A stretch of DNA of 63,799 nt, counting the filler, from Octopus bimaculoides (Eukaryota): the NCBI RefSeq assembly GCF_001194135.2. It is 9 parts of 8 records of this genome, joined end to end, with 100 filler letters (N's around TTAATTAATTAA, not from the genome) between each part and the next. Parts side by side here need not be neighbours in the genome. Positions count along the whole stretch, not along the records: positions 32,633 to 44,646 come from NC_069008.1; positions 44,747 to 52,162 come from NC_068991.1; 7 more parts are not named here. One strand, written 5' to 3'. This document shows positions 38,037-48,889 of this stretch, piece after piece. Made by a program: the position numbers and the translations under genes. Positions within the stretch are counted from its first letter, which is position 1, and every line of letters starts with the position of its first letter. The notes under the pieces were generated by a model. That model saw only the letters and a program-made list of their open reading frames with translations. It made no database searches and was not told the DNA's origin.

Positions 38037-38935
38037 AGCTCTTTTTGTTACACTAAATGAATATACATTTATAAATAAATTGATTTAATTTTATAATAAT
38101 AATAATTATACAAGAATAATTTTATATAATGCTATATAGTGATTGAAACCACTTATGTCCAAGTACATATTTCTGGCTTTTTTTATATAGCTACTTTTAG
38201 TAGTCATTCTGGGAATTGTGTTTGTGTAGATATGAATAAGTAGATTACAACAATTATTATACATAGTTATATATTTTTGAATAATTGTAAATCATTCAAC
38301 TATGGTAGTAGTTGAATAATATTCTTAAGGTTGCAATTTACTCACATGCAGCATCTTTCAGAACTTATCCCTAATTCAGTTCTTAACCAAATTGAAAATT
38401 GTTACCATTTTTAAAGAGGACTGGTTCCTAGCTATATTTTGGCATTAGAAAAAATTGAGATTTGGTCCAGTAGGAAAAAGCTTACATCAAAATTTGTAGC
38501 AACGTTACAAGAAAGTAAATAACACCTCGAATCAAGTTTAGATCTAAATAACTTTTTTTATTTCTAAAGCAAAATATATTTATCTTAGCTTCAATGATGA
38601 AAGAAAGCATGAAGAATTTCTTACTTTTGATCCCATGCAACAAAAATTTGTAAAGTTAAATATCATGAAAAAATATACAAGATAAAGAATTGGATTTAAG
38701 TATAATTAAGTTTTCTATTTTAAAATCAAACTAGATTTTAATTAAGCTTAAATGATAGAGCTCCATTCGAGGAATTTCATGATATCAATCTTATGCAATG
38801 AAATTTTAAAAGAAAAAAAGTTATGAGTGTTTCTTTCTTAAATTTGAGGGTGATAATATAGTTCTATACTTATGCTTAAGTCAATATATACACACATACT
38901 GTGATTTATATACACTAGATTATATTATACTATAA

Positions 38936-39870
38936 CTAGCAAATGCACCCGTCTTTTGGATGGTTTTAAGTTGCTCTGGTGGTATTTTCTTCACTTCGTT
39001 ACAGGTGGCACCTGAGCTCGGTGAGCTGTTTCATCAATGGTATCTCCCATGAAGCAAATTTGAAGGAATTGGTGTTCAGCATTGTTGACAGGAAGAATAG
39101 AGCCTATCCTATGATAGGTTTGGCCCTGAATTTTGAATGTTGGCATATAGGAGTCTTCATGAATGGGTTTGTGACTGAAACTTGTTACTTGGAAGGCAGA
39201 GTTATAACGGCGAATTTTCTGAATAAATTGCTGCGAAGAGAGTGTTGACCAAGGAGTAAAGAGAGCAAAAGCTGAGGAGTGTTTTGCAGGTCAGGCAAGA
39301 CAACCTTTCTGTTTGAACAGCATATGCCACTAGATTCTCCAATCCACTTGAAGGCCTTGCAAACTGGACATATAAACATATTCCCGAGAGTGGTGTAATC
39401 CTTGGCAGGATCATAGTTGAGCGCCTTTGATGCCCATTGACTACTTGGTGGCTTCCAACAGCCATGAGCAAGAGCCTTCCGATGAACATTAGACTGAAGT
39501 CTCATCATCCAATGGTTATCGTCATCTGCCAACATTGTAGAAGAAATGGATGCAGTGTAGCATGCCTGACAGATAGCACTCTCTTCTGGAGCTTCTTTGG
39601 CCCTTGTGGCAGAAGTGGATGCAGCATTGCATGCCTGAGAGACAACATTCTTTTGTGGGGTTTCTATGGCCCTTGCGTCAGCAACGCACACTCAGTGCTC
39701 TGGAGTAGTTACAGCTGTAGCAGTGGCAGTTCTTTCAACAGCCTAAAGAACCTCTGGTCCTCAGTTTTCTTAGCCTGCTAGACTACTGCCTTGTCACTGC
39801 AGAAGACTTTCTGCCAATGTGTGCTCTCTTTTTAGGTGGCATGCTTGTATTATCTAGAAAAGGAAAATGG
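38936..39870 (-). mobile_element. Helitron internal-deletion derivative 2
   Basis: 3' end CCATCCAAAAGACGGG hairpin + TGCATTTG + CTAG(T); starts MPPKKRAHIGRKS after a splice acceptor; CPVCKAFKWIGESSGICCSNRKVVLP and PTFKIQGQTYHRIGSILP. Confidence 0.85.
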
Positions 39871-41404
39871 GATTTAGTGTACCAAGTGATTATCAATTCT
39901 ATTATAAGCTAACAAAAGCCCCTTTATTCTGTTTTCCCGCATAGCCTGCACATAATGTAACAGCAACTGTCGCATAAAGTGAAATTGGTATGGAGCTTTT
40001 TGAAAGATATGTACAGCTTTTGCTAGGGGGAGAAGAACTCTCATTAAAGGTTGATTCATTGGGACGAATCATATGTGATTGTTTAAAAAAGGCTAGAATG
40101 ACAATGCTAAAATATAGTTGAAACAATGGACAAATGTTGAAATATCATAATGGATGGGTAAATAAGCATCCTTGAAGTGAAACAACGCATTGGTAGGTAA
40201 ACAAAGGTATTAACAAATAAAAGAGAGAGAAGGGAACATCACCTTTCAAGTAACTCAGAATAGGTAAAGGTAAGCTTGCCAAAGTTTAATGCAGCTTAAA
40301 TATGGAGATTAAGATTGTTTGGTANNNNNNNNNNTAAAGGTAAGCTTGCCAAAGTTTAATGCAGCTTAAATATGGAGATTAAGATTGTTTGGTATTGGAT
40401 ATTCATTGCATACAGTGTTCCTAGTCAATTTAATCACCATAGCAGGTGGACAGTTGAAATATATAAATACACAAAATCCTTTCACTTTTATAATATTCTC
40501 TAACCAAAACTCAAACAGTATACAGCAATACACATATAAAACAATGTAGAAAGTAATAATGCACAATTACAACAGATAAATAAAAAAAATATACAAATCA
40601 AAAATCAAAAAATGTGAAAACAAAAAATATTCTGTAATGCAAATATGCTACTATATAGATTAGAAAAGTATGGAAAACAGTTAAAATAAATAGACAAAAT
40701 CCTTTCACTTTTATAATATTCTCTAATCAAAACTCAAACTATACACACCAATATAGAAAGTAATAAATCAGAATTACAAGATATAAATAAATAATAAATC
40801 AAAATAATGTGATAACCACTAAAAAATATTCTCTAATGCCAATATACAAACATACAGATTAAAAAAGTATGGAAGACCCTACATACAAAAAAACTGTGTA
40901 CATATGACGAATTTGGATAAATCTTTTAAATTAAGATAAACATTTATTTACATGAAAGAAAATTAACAGAGACATAACATGTGTTGTGCTTAAAATAACA
41001 GCTAAATAATATTTTTTGGATAAATCTTTTAAATTAACATTTATTTACATGAAAACAAAATAACAGCTTCCAAATCCTGTTTCCTGACTGGGTCACCACG
41101 CAGGTGGAGAGTCAAAATAGATAAAATCCTTTCACTTTTACAGAAAGATTAAAAAAGTAAGGAAGACCCTACATACAAAAAAACTATGTCAATTTATGCA
41201 GGAGCTCTGGACAAAATGTTATATAGCTTTACCATCCTTTCAGATATAAGTAATGTGTGTGTAAAGTTGGAGAAAATCAATTGAGAATTGTGGAAATGTA
41301 TGCGTTAGTCATTATACACACACATACAGTGATTTATATGTACTAGACGTAATAAACTGTTAGACTGTCAATTGTATTTCTCTATCTAATTTATTTGTAA
41401 TTTG

Positions 41405-42085
41405 TATTTATACCCCTGTGGAAGAGGTAGAACCAGGAAGACCTGTGATGAGGTGGTGAAGTACGACCTTCAAACATTGGGCCTCACAGAGGCGATGACA
41501 AGTGACGGAGACCTTTGGCAATATGCTGTGCTTGAGAAGACCTGACAAGCCAAGTGAGACCGTAACTGTGGCCTATGCCAGTGCAGCATAACCAGCCTAT
41601 TTAAGAATATCCTTCAATCATTGAGCAATAAACTGCACTTGTGAAGACTTGTTGAGTCAAGTGAAGTCATATTCATGGCCGATGACAGTACTGCCTAATT
41701 GGCACCCATGCTAGTGGCATGCAAAAAGCACCATTCAAGCATGGTCGATGCCAGTGCTGCATGACTGGTCTCATGCCGGTGGCACATAAAGAGCTTCATT
41801 GGAGTGCGGTCGATGCCAGTGTTGGCTGACTGGCTCCATGCCAGTGGCACATAAAAAGCACCATTCAAGTGTGGTCGATGCCAATACTGCATGACTGGCC
41901 CTTGTGCCGGTGGCACATAAAAGTACCCACCACACTCTTGGAGTGGTTGGCGTTAGGAAGGACATCCAGCAGTAGAAACTTTGCCAGATCAAATTGGAGA
42001 CTGGTGCAGCCTTGTGACATGCCAGCTCTCAGTCAAACCGTCCAACCCATGCAAGCATGGAAAGCAGATGTTAGATGATGACGAT
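41405..42085 (+). mobile_element. RTE-clade LINE 3' end
   Basis: GRGRTRKT.DEVVKYDLQTLGLTEAMTSD.DLWQYAVLEKT, 3' UTR with about 65-bp repeats, (GAT)n tail. Confidence 0.85.
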
Positions 42086-42174
42086 GACTTCTATGGTATT
42101 CAACTGCCATACCAGTGAATTGGATGTTTCACACCCCTTTGAAGGAATTGTTTTTTCCTTCATACCACACGTGT

Positions 42175-42331
42175 GCAGGAGTGGCTGTGTGGTAAGTAGC
42201 ATGCTTACCAACCACATGGTTCAGGTTCAGTCCCACTGCATGGCACCATGGGCAAGTGTCTTCTACTATAGCCTTGGGCTGACCAAAGATTTGTGAGTGG
42301 ATTTGGTAGGCAGAAACTGAAAGAAGCCTGT
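42175..42331 (+). mobile_element. SINE family B 5' half
   Basis: GGAGTGGCTGTGTGGTAAG...CACCATGGGCAAGTG...AACTGAAAGAAGCC. Confidence 0.8.
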
Positions 42332-42469
42332 TATATATATCATATATATCCTCCATGATGATGACTTTGCTCTTATAGCCGGCCGAATCTCTAGCAAAAA
42401 CCAAACTCTTAGTAAGTAGGAAAGTAGCAATATCAAAGGAAGGTTAAGAGGGAGAATAGTTTTGTGTGG

Positions 42470-43310
42470 AACATGCACAGGTAATATAAGCACTGAAAAT
42501 GTACAGAAAAATAGACTCCATAAAATGTGAGGAGTGTAAGGTAGAAATAGTTGATAGCTTCTGTTAACTAGGTGACCAAGTCAGTAGTGGAGGTTGATGC
42601 TCTGACAGCATAACTCCTAGAATAATAGACTGGGCAAAGCTCCTACCTCTGTTGGTAGGAATGGAAGGTAAATTGTATAATGCCTGTCTGTGAACAGCCA
42701 TGCTACACAGCAGTGAAACATGGGCTATGAGCACCGAGGATATGCATAGGCTTTGAAGATAAGAAGCTAGTATGCTTTGCTAGATGTGCAATGTCAGTGT
42801 GCATGTACAACAGTGTAAGCATCTTGGGAGGAAAACTGAGCATAAGAGTCATCAGATGCGGTGTGAAAAAGAGATGACTGTGTCAGTATGATAATGTGAT
42901 GAATACGGACGAGGAAAGCTGTGTGAAGTGTCGATCTCTAATGGTGGAAGGAACCTGTGGAAAGGACAGACCCAGGAAGTCATGGGATGAGGTAGTGAAG
43001 CATGATCTTTCAACATTGGTCCTTACAGAGGCAATAATAAGTGACAAAAACCTTTGGCAATATGCTGTGCTTGAGAAGACCCATCAAGCCAAATGAAATT
43101 GCAGTTGTGGCTGATGCCGGTGTTGCATAACAGGCACCTGTGCTGGTGACTCATAAAAAGCACTCTTAAAAAGCAGTTGGCATTAGGAAGGGCATCCAGC
43201 TGTAGAAACCATGTCACAACAGCTAATTGGAGTTTGGACCGCTCCCAGATGGCCAGCTCCATGTCAAACCATCCCAGCATGGAAAGCGGACATTAAACAA
43301 GGATGATGAT
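42470..43310 (+). mobile_element. RTE-clade LINE 3' fragment
   Basis: Decayed GKLYNAC..MLHSSETWA..EESCVKCRSLMVEGTCGKDRPRKSWDEVVKHDL..LWQYAVLEKT, then (GAT)n tail. Confidence 0.85.
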
Positions 43311-43317
43311 GTATGTA

Positions 43318-43540
43318 TGTGTCTTTGTCCACCATCCCCAATCACCATTTGACATCTGGTGTTGGTATGTTTGTATCCCTGTAACTTAGTAGTTCAGCAT
43401 AAGAGAACGTTAGAATAAGTACTTGGCTTTAAAAAATAAAATAAGAGAAGTCCTGGGGTTAATTTGTTTCAGTAAAACCCTTCAAGGCAGTTCTCCAGCA
43501 TGATTGCAGTCTAATGGCTGAAATAAGTAAAAGCAGAAAA
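43318..43540 (+). mobile_element. SINE family B 3' half
   Basis: CACCATTTGACATCTGGTGTTGG...GTAACTTAG...CTCCAGCATGATTGCAGTCTAATGGCTGAAATAAGTAAAAG. Confidence 0.75.
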
Positions 43541-43639
43541 GAATAGCAAAGTAATGTTCCTCTTGATACAAGAGGACTAACTAAAGCCAATAAAAGAACC
43601 CCACAGATCTAAGATTACCCTGATTAACAAATGCAAGTG

Positions 43640-44225
43640 CCCTCACTCAAAGGTCCTTCATTGATCTGCAGGTAGATACTTAGAGTAAACCCATTCACTC
43701 ATGCCATTTTCACCACTATCACCCACTTTTTGACAAGAGAGCATGGTAAGAGGAATGTTAATGCAACCTTGAGCCATCTTCACCATCGACTTGGCAAATA
43801 GATAATAATAGAAACAATCAACTTGAAAGCAGTGTCACTAAACGATATAGAGCAGGAATTACTGAGTGGCTGAAAGCAGCTCTCAATGCACAGAAGCATG
43901 CTCTCCCCAACTGGATGTGGATGACTTACACTGGAAAGGTTTTTAGATTCTATCTTGAAGAGAAAAAAATTCTTTATGGCAGTAAAAGAAATGGTTATTT
44001 ACAGAACTAGTAAAATCTATGCAGTTAAAATAAAAATAGAAAAAGCGGAAAAAGGATGACAAACTTAGAAGGAAAGAATTTCTTTTTAGAATTTTTCAAA
44101 GTACTAGAGAGATGAGGAATGTCAAGATTTGGTTTCAGAAAGGAGTATTGAAATAAAAAAAGAGAGGGATTATTTTTAGCAACAGAAGAACAGGCTTTAA
44201 GGGCAAACTAGATCAGAAAAGTTAT
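43640..44225 (+). mobile_element. R4/Dong-type LINE fragments
   Basis: QLDVDDL (YMDDL-like) and IWFQKGVLK*KREGLFLATEEQALRAN*I (WLxxGxLKxETEGxIxAAQEQALRTN-like). Confidence 0.6.
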
Positions 44226-44235
44226 GTGTGCATGT

Positions 44236-44400
44236 GCAGGGGCGATCCCAAGGGTGGAGTGGGGTGGGGGTGGGTGCTGAGGGGCACATAACCCCTTAAG
44301 AAAACAAGTGCACCCTTCTAAATATTACACCCTTTTCTCCTGGAATTGTATTCCTTTCTGACCTTGTGCCCTCCTTTGAAAAATTCCTGGGACTGCACCT
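44236..44400. mobile_element. Possible short MITE with degenerate terminal inverted repeats
   Basis: CAGGGGCGATCCCAAG at left versus reverse complement CAGGTGCAGTCCCAGG at right. Confidence 0.3.
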
Positions 44401-44924
44401 GATGTGTTTGTGTGTGCATGTGAGCATAAACACCGGTGTTTTAATGGTGGCAGCTGATGAAGGAGATGTTTCTATGTGGCTTGCTTGTTTGTTGTACCTT
44501 GTTTATCATTTTGTCCATGTTCTTTTGCCATGTCATGTACCCAGTTATGTATCTATATGTACATGTAGATGAAGGTATGTACATACATGTACATATATAT
44601 GCATATACTCATATATTGTTTATATATATATATATATATATATATANNNNNNNNNNNNNNNNNNNNNNNNNNNNNNNNNNNNNNNNNNNNTTAATTAATT
44701 AANNNNNNNNNNNNNNNNNNNNNNNNNNNNNNNNNNNNNNNNNNNNCTCTTTCGCCCCAACTTTCTCTCACTCTTTCTTCTTGTTTCTTGAGTAACGCTG
44801 CGATGGACTGGCGTCCCGTCCAGCTGGGAGGAACATATACACCATAGAAACCGGGAAACCGGGCCCATGAGCCTGGCTAGGCTTTGAAAGGGCGAAAAAT
44901 TATTATTATTATTATTATTATTAT

Positions 44925-45370
44925 TGAGCGGGAGAGTAGCGCATGTCATCAAAGTGACACTGGAGTTCAAATATACGAAGCCCATTATGCCCATCATGAC
45001 TACCCGTCTGATAAAGGTGTAACAGGCACATGCACCACAACTATATGTGCGTGACATGACGATCTTATATGAAGATAAACAGCGCATGACCTTGCAGGTG
45101 GGACCCAGTTAGAATTTTCTTCAGGTGGAGTAGCCGATCCCGCTCAAAAGGTTAGGGTTAGGGTTAGGGTTGTTGAACGAAACGCTCATGTTCCCAGAAG
45201 TGAATTATTCAAACTCCACAAAATTCCTCTGAACACATGGATTTGATGCTCCCCCCACTGCTTCTGCTCGTGATCAGAGATGCACGTATCGTCAGCCGCC
45301 AAAGGACATGCTCAACCGGTTAAGGTCAAGCAACTGAGGAGCAAATCTGTGGTATTGAGAACCAGCGCCT
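44925..45370 (-). mobile_element. Probable retroposon 3' segment with (AAT)n tail
   Basis: Abuts an (ATT)n tract and is more GC-rich than flanks; only one copy here, so repeat status is inferred. Confidence 0.35.
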
Positions 45371-45439
45371 GGCATTGCATTGTTATTATTATGGCTGTTG
45401 TTGTTGTTGTTGTTGTTGTTGTTATTATCGTTTTACTTC

Positions 45440-45690
45440 TTAAAACGTTCGGTCTTGTTTGTTCTGGCAGATTCTGAGAGAGCGGATAAGCAGCCTGCTG
45501 TCAAAGGTCTCACAGGGTCTCTTTCTGCACATTATAAGCTTTGATAATTGGTTGTTAATTATCGTGGGAGACATTCAACATCCAAGTACCAATCTCAAAA
45601 CCCCAGCTGTTCCCAGTAGCGCAGTTTTCTGGCTTGCTCTGCTCTCATTATTATAATTATCATTATTATTATTATTATTATTATTATCAT
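45440..45690 (-). mobile_element. R4/Dong-type LINE C-terminal fragment beside (AAT)n
   Basis: Minus strand QKTALLGTAGVLRLVLGC*. Confidence 0.6.
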
Positions 45691-45691
45691 C

Positions 45692-46338
45692 AAGGCGGCG
45701 ATCTGGTAGAATCGTTGGCACGCCGGGCGAAATGCTTAGCGGTATTTCGTCTGTCTCTACGTTCTGGGTTCAAATTCCGCCGTCGATATTGTCTTTCATC
45801 CTTTCAGGGTCGATAAATTAAGTACCAGTGAAACACTGGGATTGATGTAATTGTCTAGCCCCCCCCTAACATTTCAGGCCTTGTGCTTTTAGTAGAAAGG
45901 ATTATTATTATTAATAATATTAATATGATCGAGGCGGCGAATTGGCAGAATCGTTAGGACGCCGAGCAAAATGCTTAGCAGCATTTCGTCCGTCTTTTTG
46001 TTCTGAGTTCAAATGCCTCCGAGTTTGACTTTGCCTTTCATCCTTTTGGGGTCGATAAAATAAGTACCATATGAGCATTGAGGTTGATGTAATCGACTTA
46101 ACCCCGTCCCCGAAATTGATGGCCGTGTACCCAAATTTGAAACCATTATTATTATTATAATTAAGGCGGTGAGCTGGCAGGATCTCTTGCACGCCTTTAC
46201 GTTCTGACTCCGCCGGAGTCGATTTTGCCGTTCTCCTTTTCGGGGTCGATGAAATAAGTACCAGTTGAGAACTGGGATCGATGTAGTCAACTATTCGCCT
46301 CCACCAAAGTTTCAGGCCTTGTACCTATAGTAGAAAGC
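45692..46338 (+). mobile_element. Three head-to-tail family A SINEs (45692-45900, 45931-46144, 46163-46338)
   Basis: Each begins AGGCGGYG; separated only by (ATT)n spacers. Confidence 0.9.
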
Positions 46339-46681
46339 AATATTATTATTGCTATTGTTGTTGTTGGTGGTTTTGTCTTCGATCTATTCATTTAACCAAT
46401 TTCCATTGGCCATAAAGGGGTTCGCTTAACTGAGTACTAAAGGAACGCCGAGCTACTGTCACTTTTGCCTGCATAGAAATATTACACCACTCCTTCGTAG
46501 TCATGGCAATGTTATTTACATGCGCGCGCACGCACACACACACACATGCACACACACACGCACACACATATAGTGCCTTAACATGGCCGCAGTCTATTGA
46601 GTGAAACAAGTAAATGAGTAAAAGAATATATATATAGGGATAGAGAGAGGGAGAGAAAAGGAGGCAGGGAGAGAAGGAGAA

Positions 46682-46719
<38 letters not shown>

Positions 46720-47224
46720 GAGAGATAAGAGAAGAAAAACAAGATAGAGAGAGAAAAGGGGATAAAGTGATTGGTTCATCATTGAGCAAGCCAACGTTAA
46801 TGTGGTGATGAACGCGGCTACTTGTGAGCAATTAGTTTAGTCAAATAAAGAATTGTTAATTCACGTCACTGTGCCATTATGAATTCTCGTGGAACTGACT
46901 ATAACAATGAGGAAATAAGCTTCATTAGATACTTTGTTATAATAGCTAATGTATTTGCTTTTTATCTTTCTGGGAGCCTCCACCCCTATAAAAAATAAAT
47001 ACAAAATGAAACAAAAACGAAGCAAAAACAAAACAAAACAAAACAAAACAAAACACAAAAGCAAAACAGATAAAAAATAAGTGCAAAAGGACGAGATACT
47101 CACAACTACATACAAATAAGTATTTGATGAAGTAATAGAAAAATATAATGGATTATTGTGAAACTTTCTACATTTTAGAATGTTGCAAGTCTCTAACAAG
47201 TCATTAGGGCTCTGGCCTACATAC

Positions 47225-47314
47225 CTGAGGGTCAATGGTTCATGTCCCGGCCTCAGTAGTACACTGTGTTCGCGGAAAAGTAACTGATTCTCAAAGTTCT
47301 TCATTGATAGGTTG
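47225..47314 (-). CDS. Candidate exon (NLSMKNFENQLLFREHSVLLRPGHEPLTL)
   Basis: Donor CAG|GTATGT, AAG-type acceptor, single open frame; isolated in its assembly piece. Confidence 0.3.
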
Positions 47315-47810
47315 CTTTACAGAAGTATCAGGATGAAGTATATTTCTCAGTTGTGAACAGTAGGGTACATATACTATTGTAGATGTAATGTGATAGGTAT
47401 ATCAGTATAAATGTACTGTAGCAAATGTATCTTAGTAGAAATACCGTGGTACGTACTCCATGTTTCGATTATAAGGAACTATGCATACAGAGTTCAGTAC
47501 CAGCGCGACATTTTATCGCTTAGTCAGAGCCTTAACATGATGTCCTGTTGAGGCTCTGACGAAGTCATAATATTACGTAACTCCCGTTCTTTTGTCATTC
47601 ATTTATTAATTAATCTTACGCTCCACATTGATCAGATGCTTCATATAAGAGTCCGAAACGGACCAATGGCCAGTTATTAAAGGATTGAGTTGTAATAACA
47701 GGCTATTGGTGCTGAAACGTTCAAGGCGGCGCCCACTGCATGGCCGTATTCCAATGAGTGAAACAAGTAAAAGAAATACCCCTCCCTCATATATATATAT
47801 GTTTATATAC

Positions 47811-48445
47811 ACTTCTAATATAAGGATAAAATTTTATTAAAAATTTTTTTATCAGTGGCCAGAATATGCAAAATACCTTTTAAGGCGAAGATTATAAATA
47901 ACAATTATAAATAAGAGCAAAAAGAAAAAAATTTTCTTTGCCAATATACTGAAAAATAGACGTTAAATCGTCTAAACACATAAAATATGTTCACTTCTAT
48001 TATTACACCACGTGTCGAAACGAGGAAAGCAAGCTGACAGAAATTCATAAAGATATAGTTATCACCGAATCGGTTCCGATTTCTGGATTAATCCAAAAAG
48101 GATTCTTCCTTCATCAGCGAGGAACACGAAATGAAAATAAATGGAATGCTTAGACATACCCACGGAAAAGCAGACGCAAATTCATGAATACATTTAAGTG
48201 CCCCAAATATATCCAAATAAAAATTCCATAGCAAGCCTCGATACAAGGGTAGTCGGTCAGGAAACGTACACAAGTGGTTGACCCCAGTCCCGAAGTGAAT
48301 GAGAATTAATTTACTTCTAATATAAGGATAAAATTTTGTCAAACAAATTTTTTCAGTGGCCAGCATATGAAATGTGTGGCGTAATAATATAAGTGAAAAT
48401 ATTTTATGTCGTTAGACGATTTAGCATCTATTTTTCAGATTATTA
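47811..48445. mobile_element. Rearranged terminal-repeat structure, Penelope pLTR-like
   Basis: Direct repeat 47811-47868/48313-48369, inverted repeat 47941-47988/48399-48445, hammerhead-like motif between them. Confidence 0.5.
48058..48127 (-). ncRNA. Hammerhead-ribozyme-like motif (type I topology, non-canonical)
   Basis: CTGATGA - stem II - GAAA - stem III (ATCGG/CCGAT) - AUU - partial stem I; A.A mismatch at the base of stem II. Confidence 0.35.
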
Positions 48446-48889
48446 GCGAANNNNNNNNNNNNNNNNNNNNNNNNNNNNNNNNNNNNNNNNNNNNNNNNNN
48501 NNNNNNNNNNNNNNNNNNNNNNNNNNNNNNNNNNNNNNNNNNNNNNNNNNNNNNNNNNNNNNNNNNNNNNNNNNNNNNNNNNNNNNNNNNNNNNNNNNNN
48601 NNNNNNNNNNNTATATATATGTACATTGATTGACACTTATTTTCTTGCCTCAGAAGTATGAAATAGAGAGGAAGCTTGGGTAGGGTTTGAACTCATAAAC
48701 GTGCGGAAAGGACAATGTATGCTCGACTGATCCTGAAATCTATTCCCTTCCCCGCCACCACCTTAAATGAAAAGTGAAAGAATTACTGTTGGCGCTTGAT
48801 AGTGGGTGGAGGAGGCGGCGATGGTCCCTAAGGGTTCCCGAGAGGACATAGAAGAAAAGTAAGAAATGATAGTGCCGAGGGTTAAAACC

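Noticed and set aside
38346-38543. Two in-phase minus-strand mini-exons (LNLIRGVIYFLVTLLQILI / TELGISSERCC)
   Set aside because: Good donors but purine-rich acceptors in very AT-rich DNA between transposon relics; chance is likely.
41676-41935. Regularly spaced repeats resembling a CRISPR array
   Set aside because: Whole-unit tandem repeats with no unique spacers, inside a LINE 3' UTR in a eukaryote.
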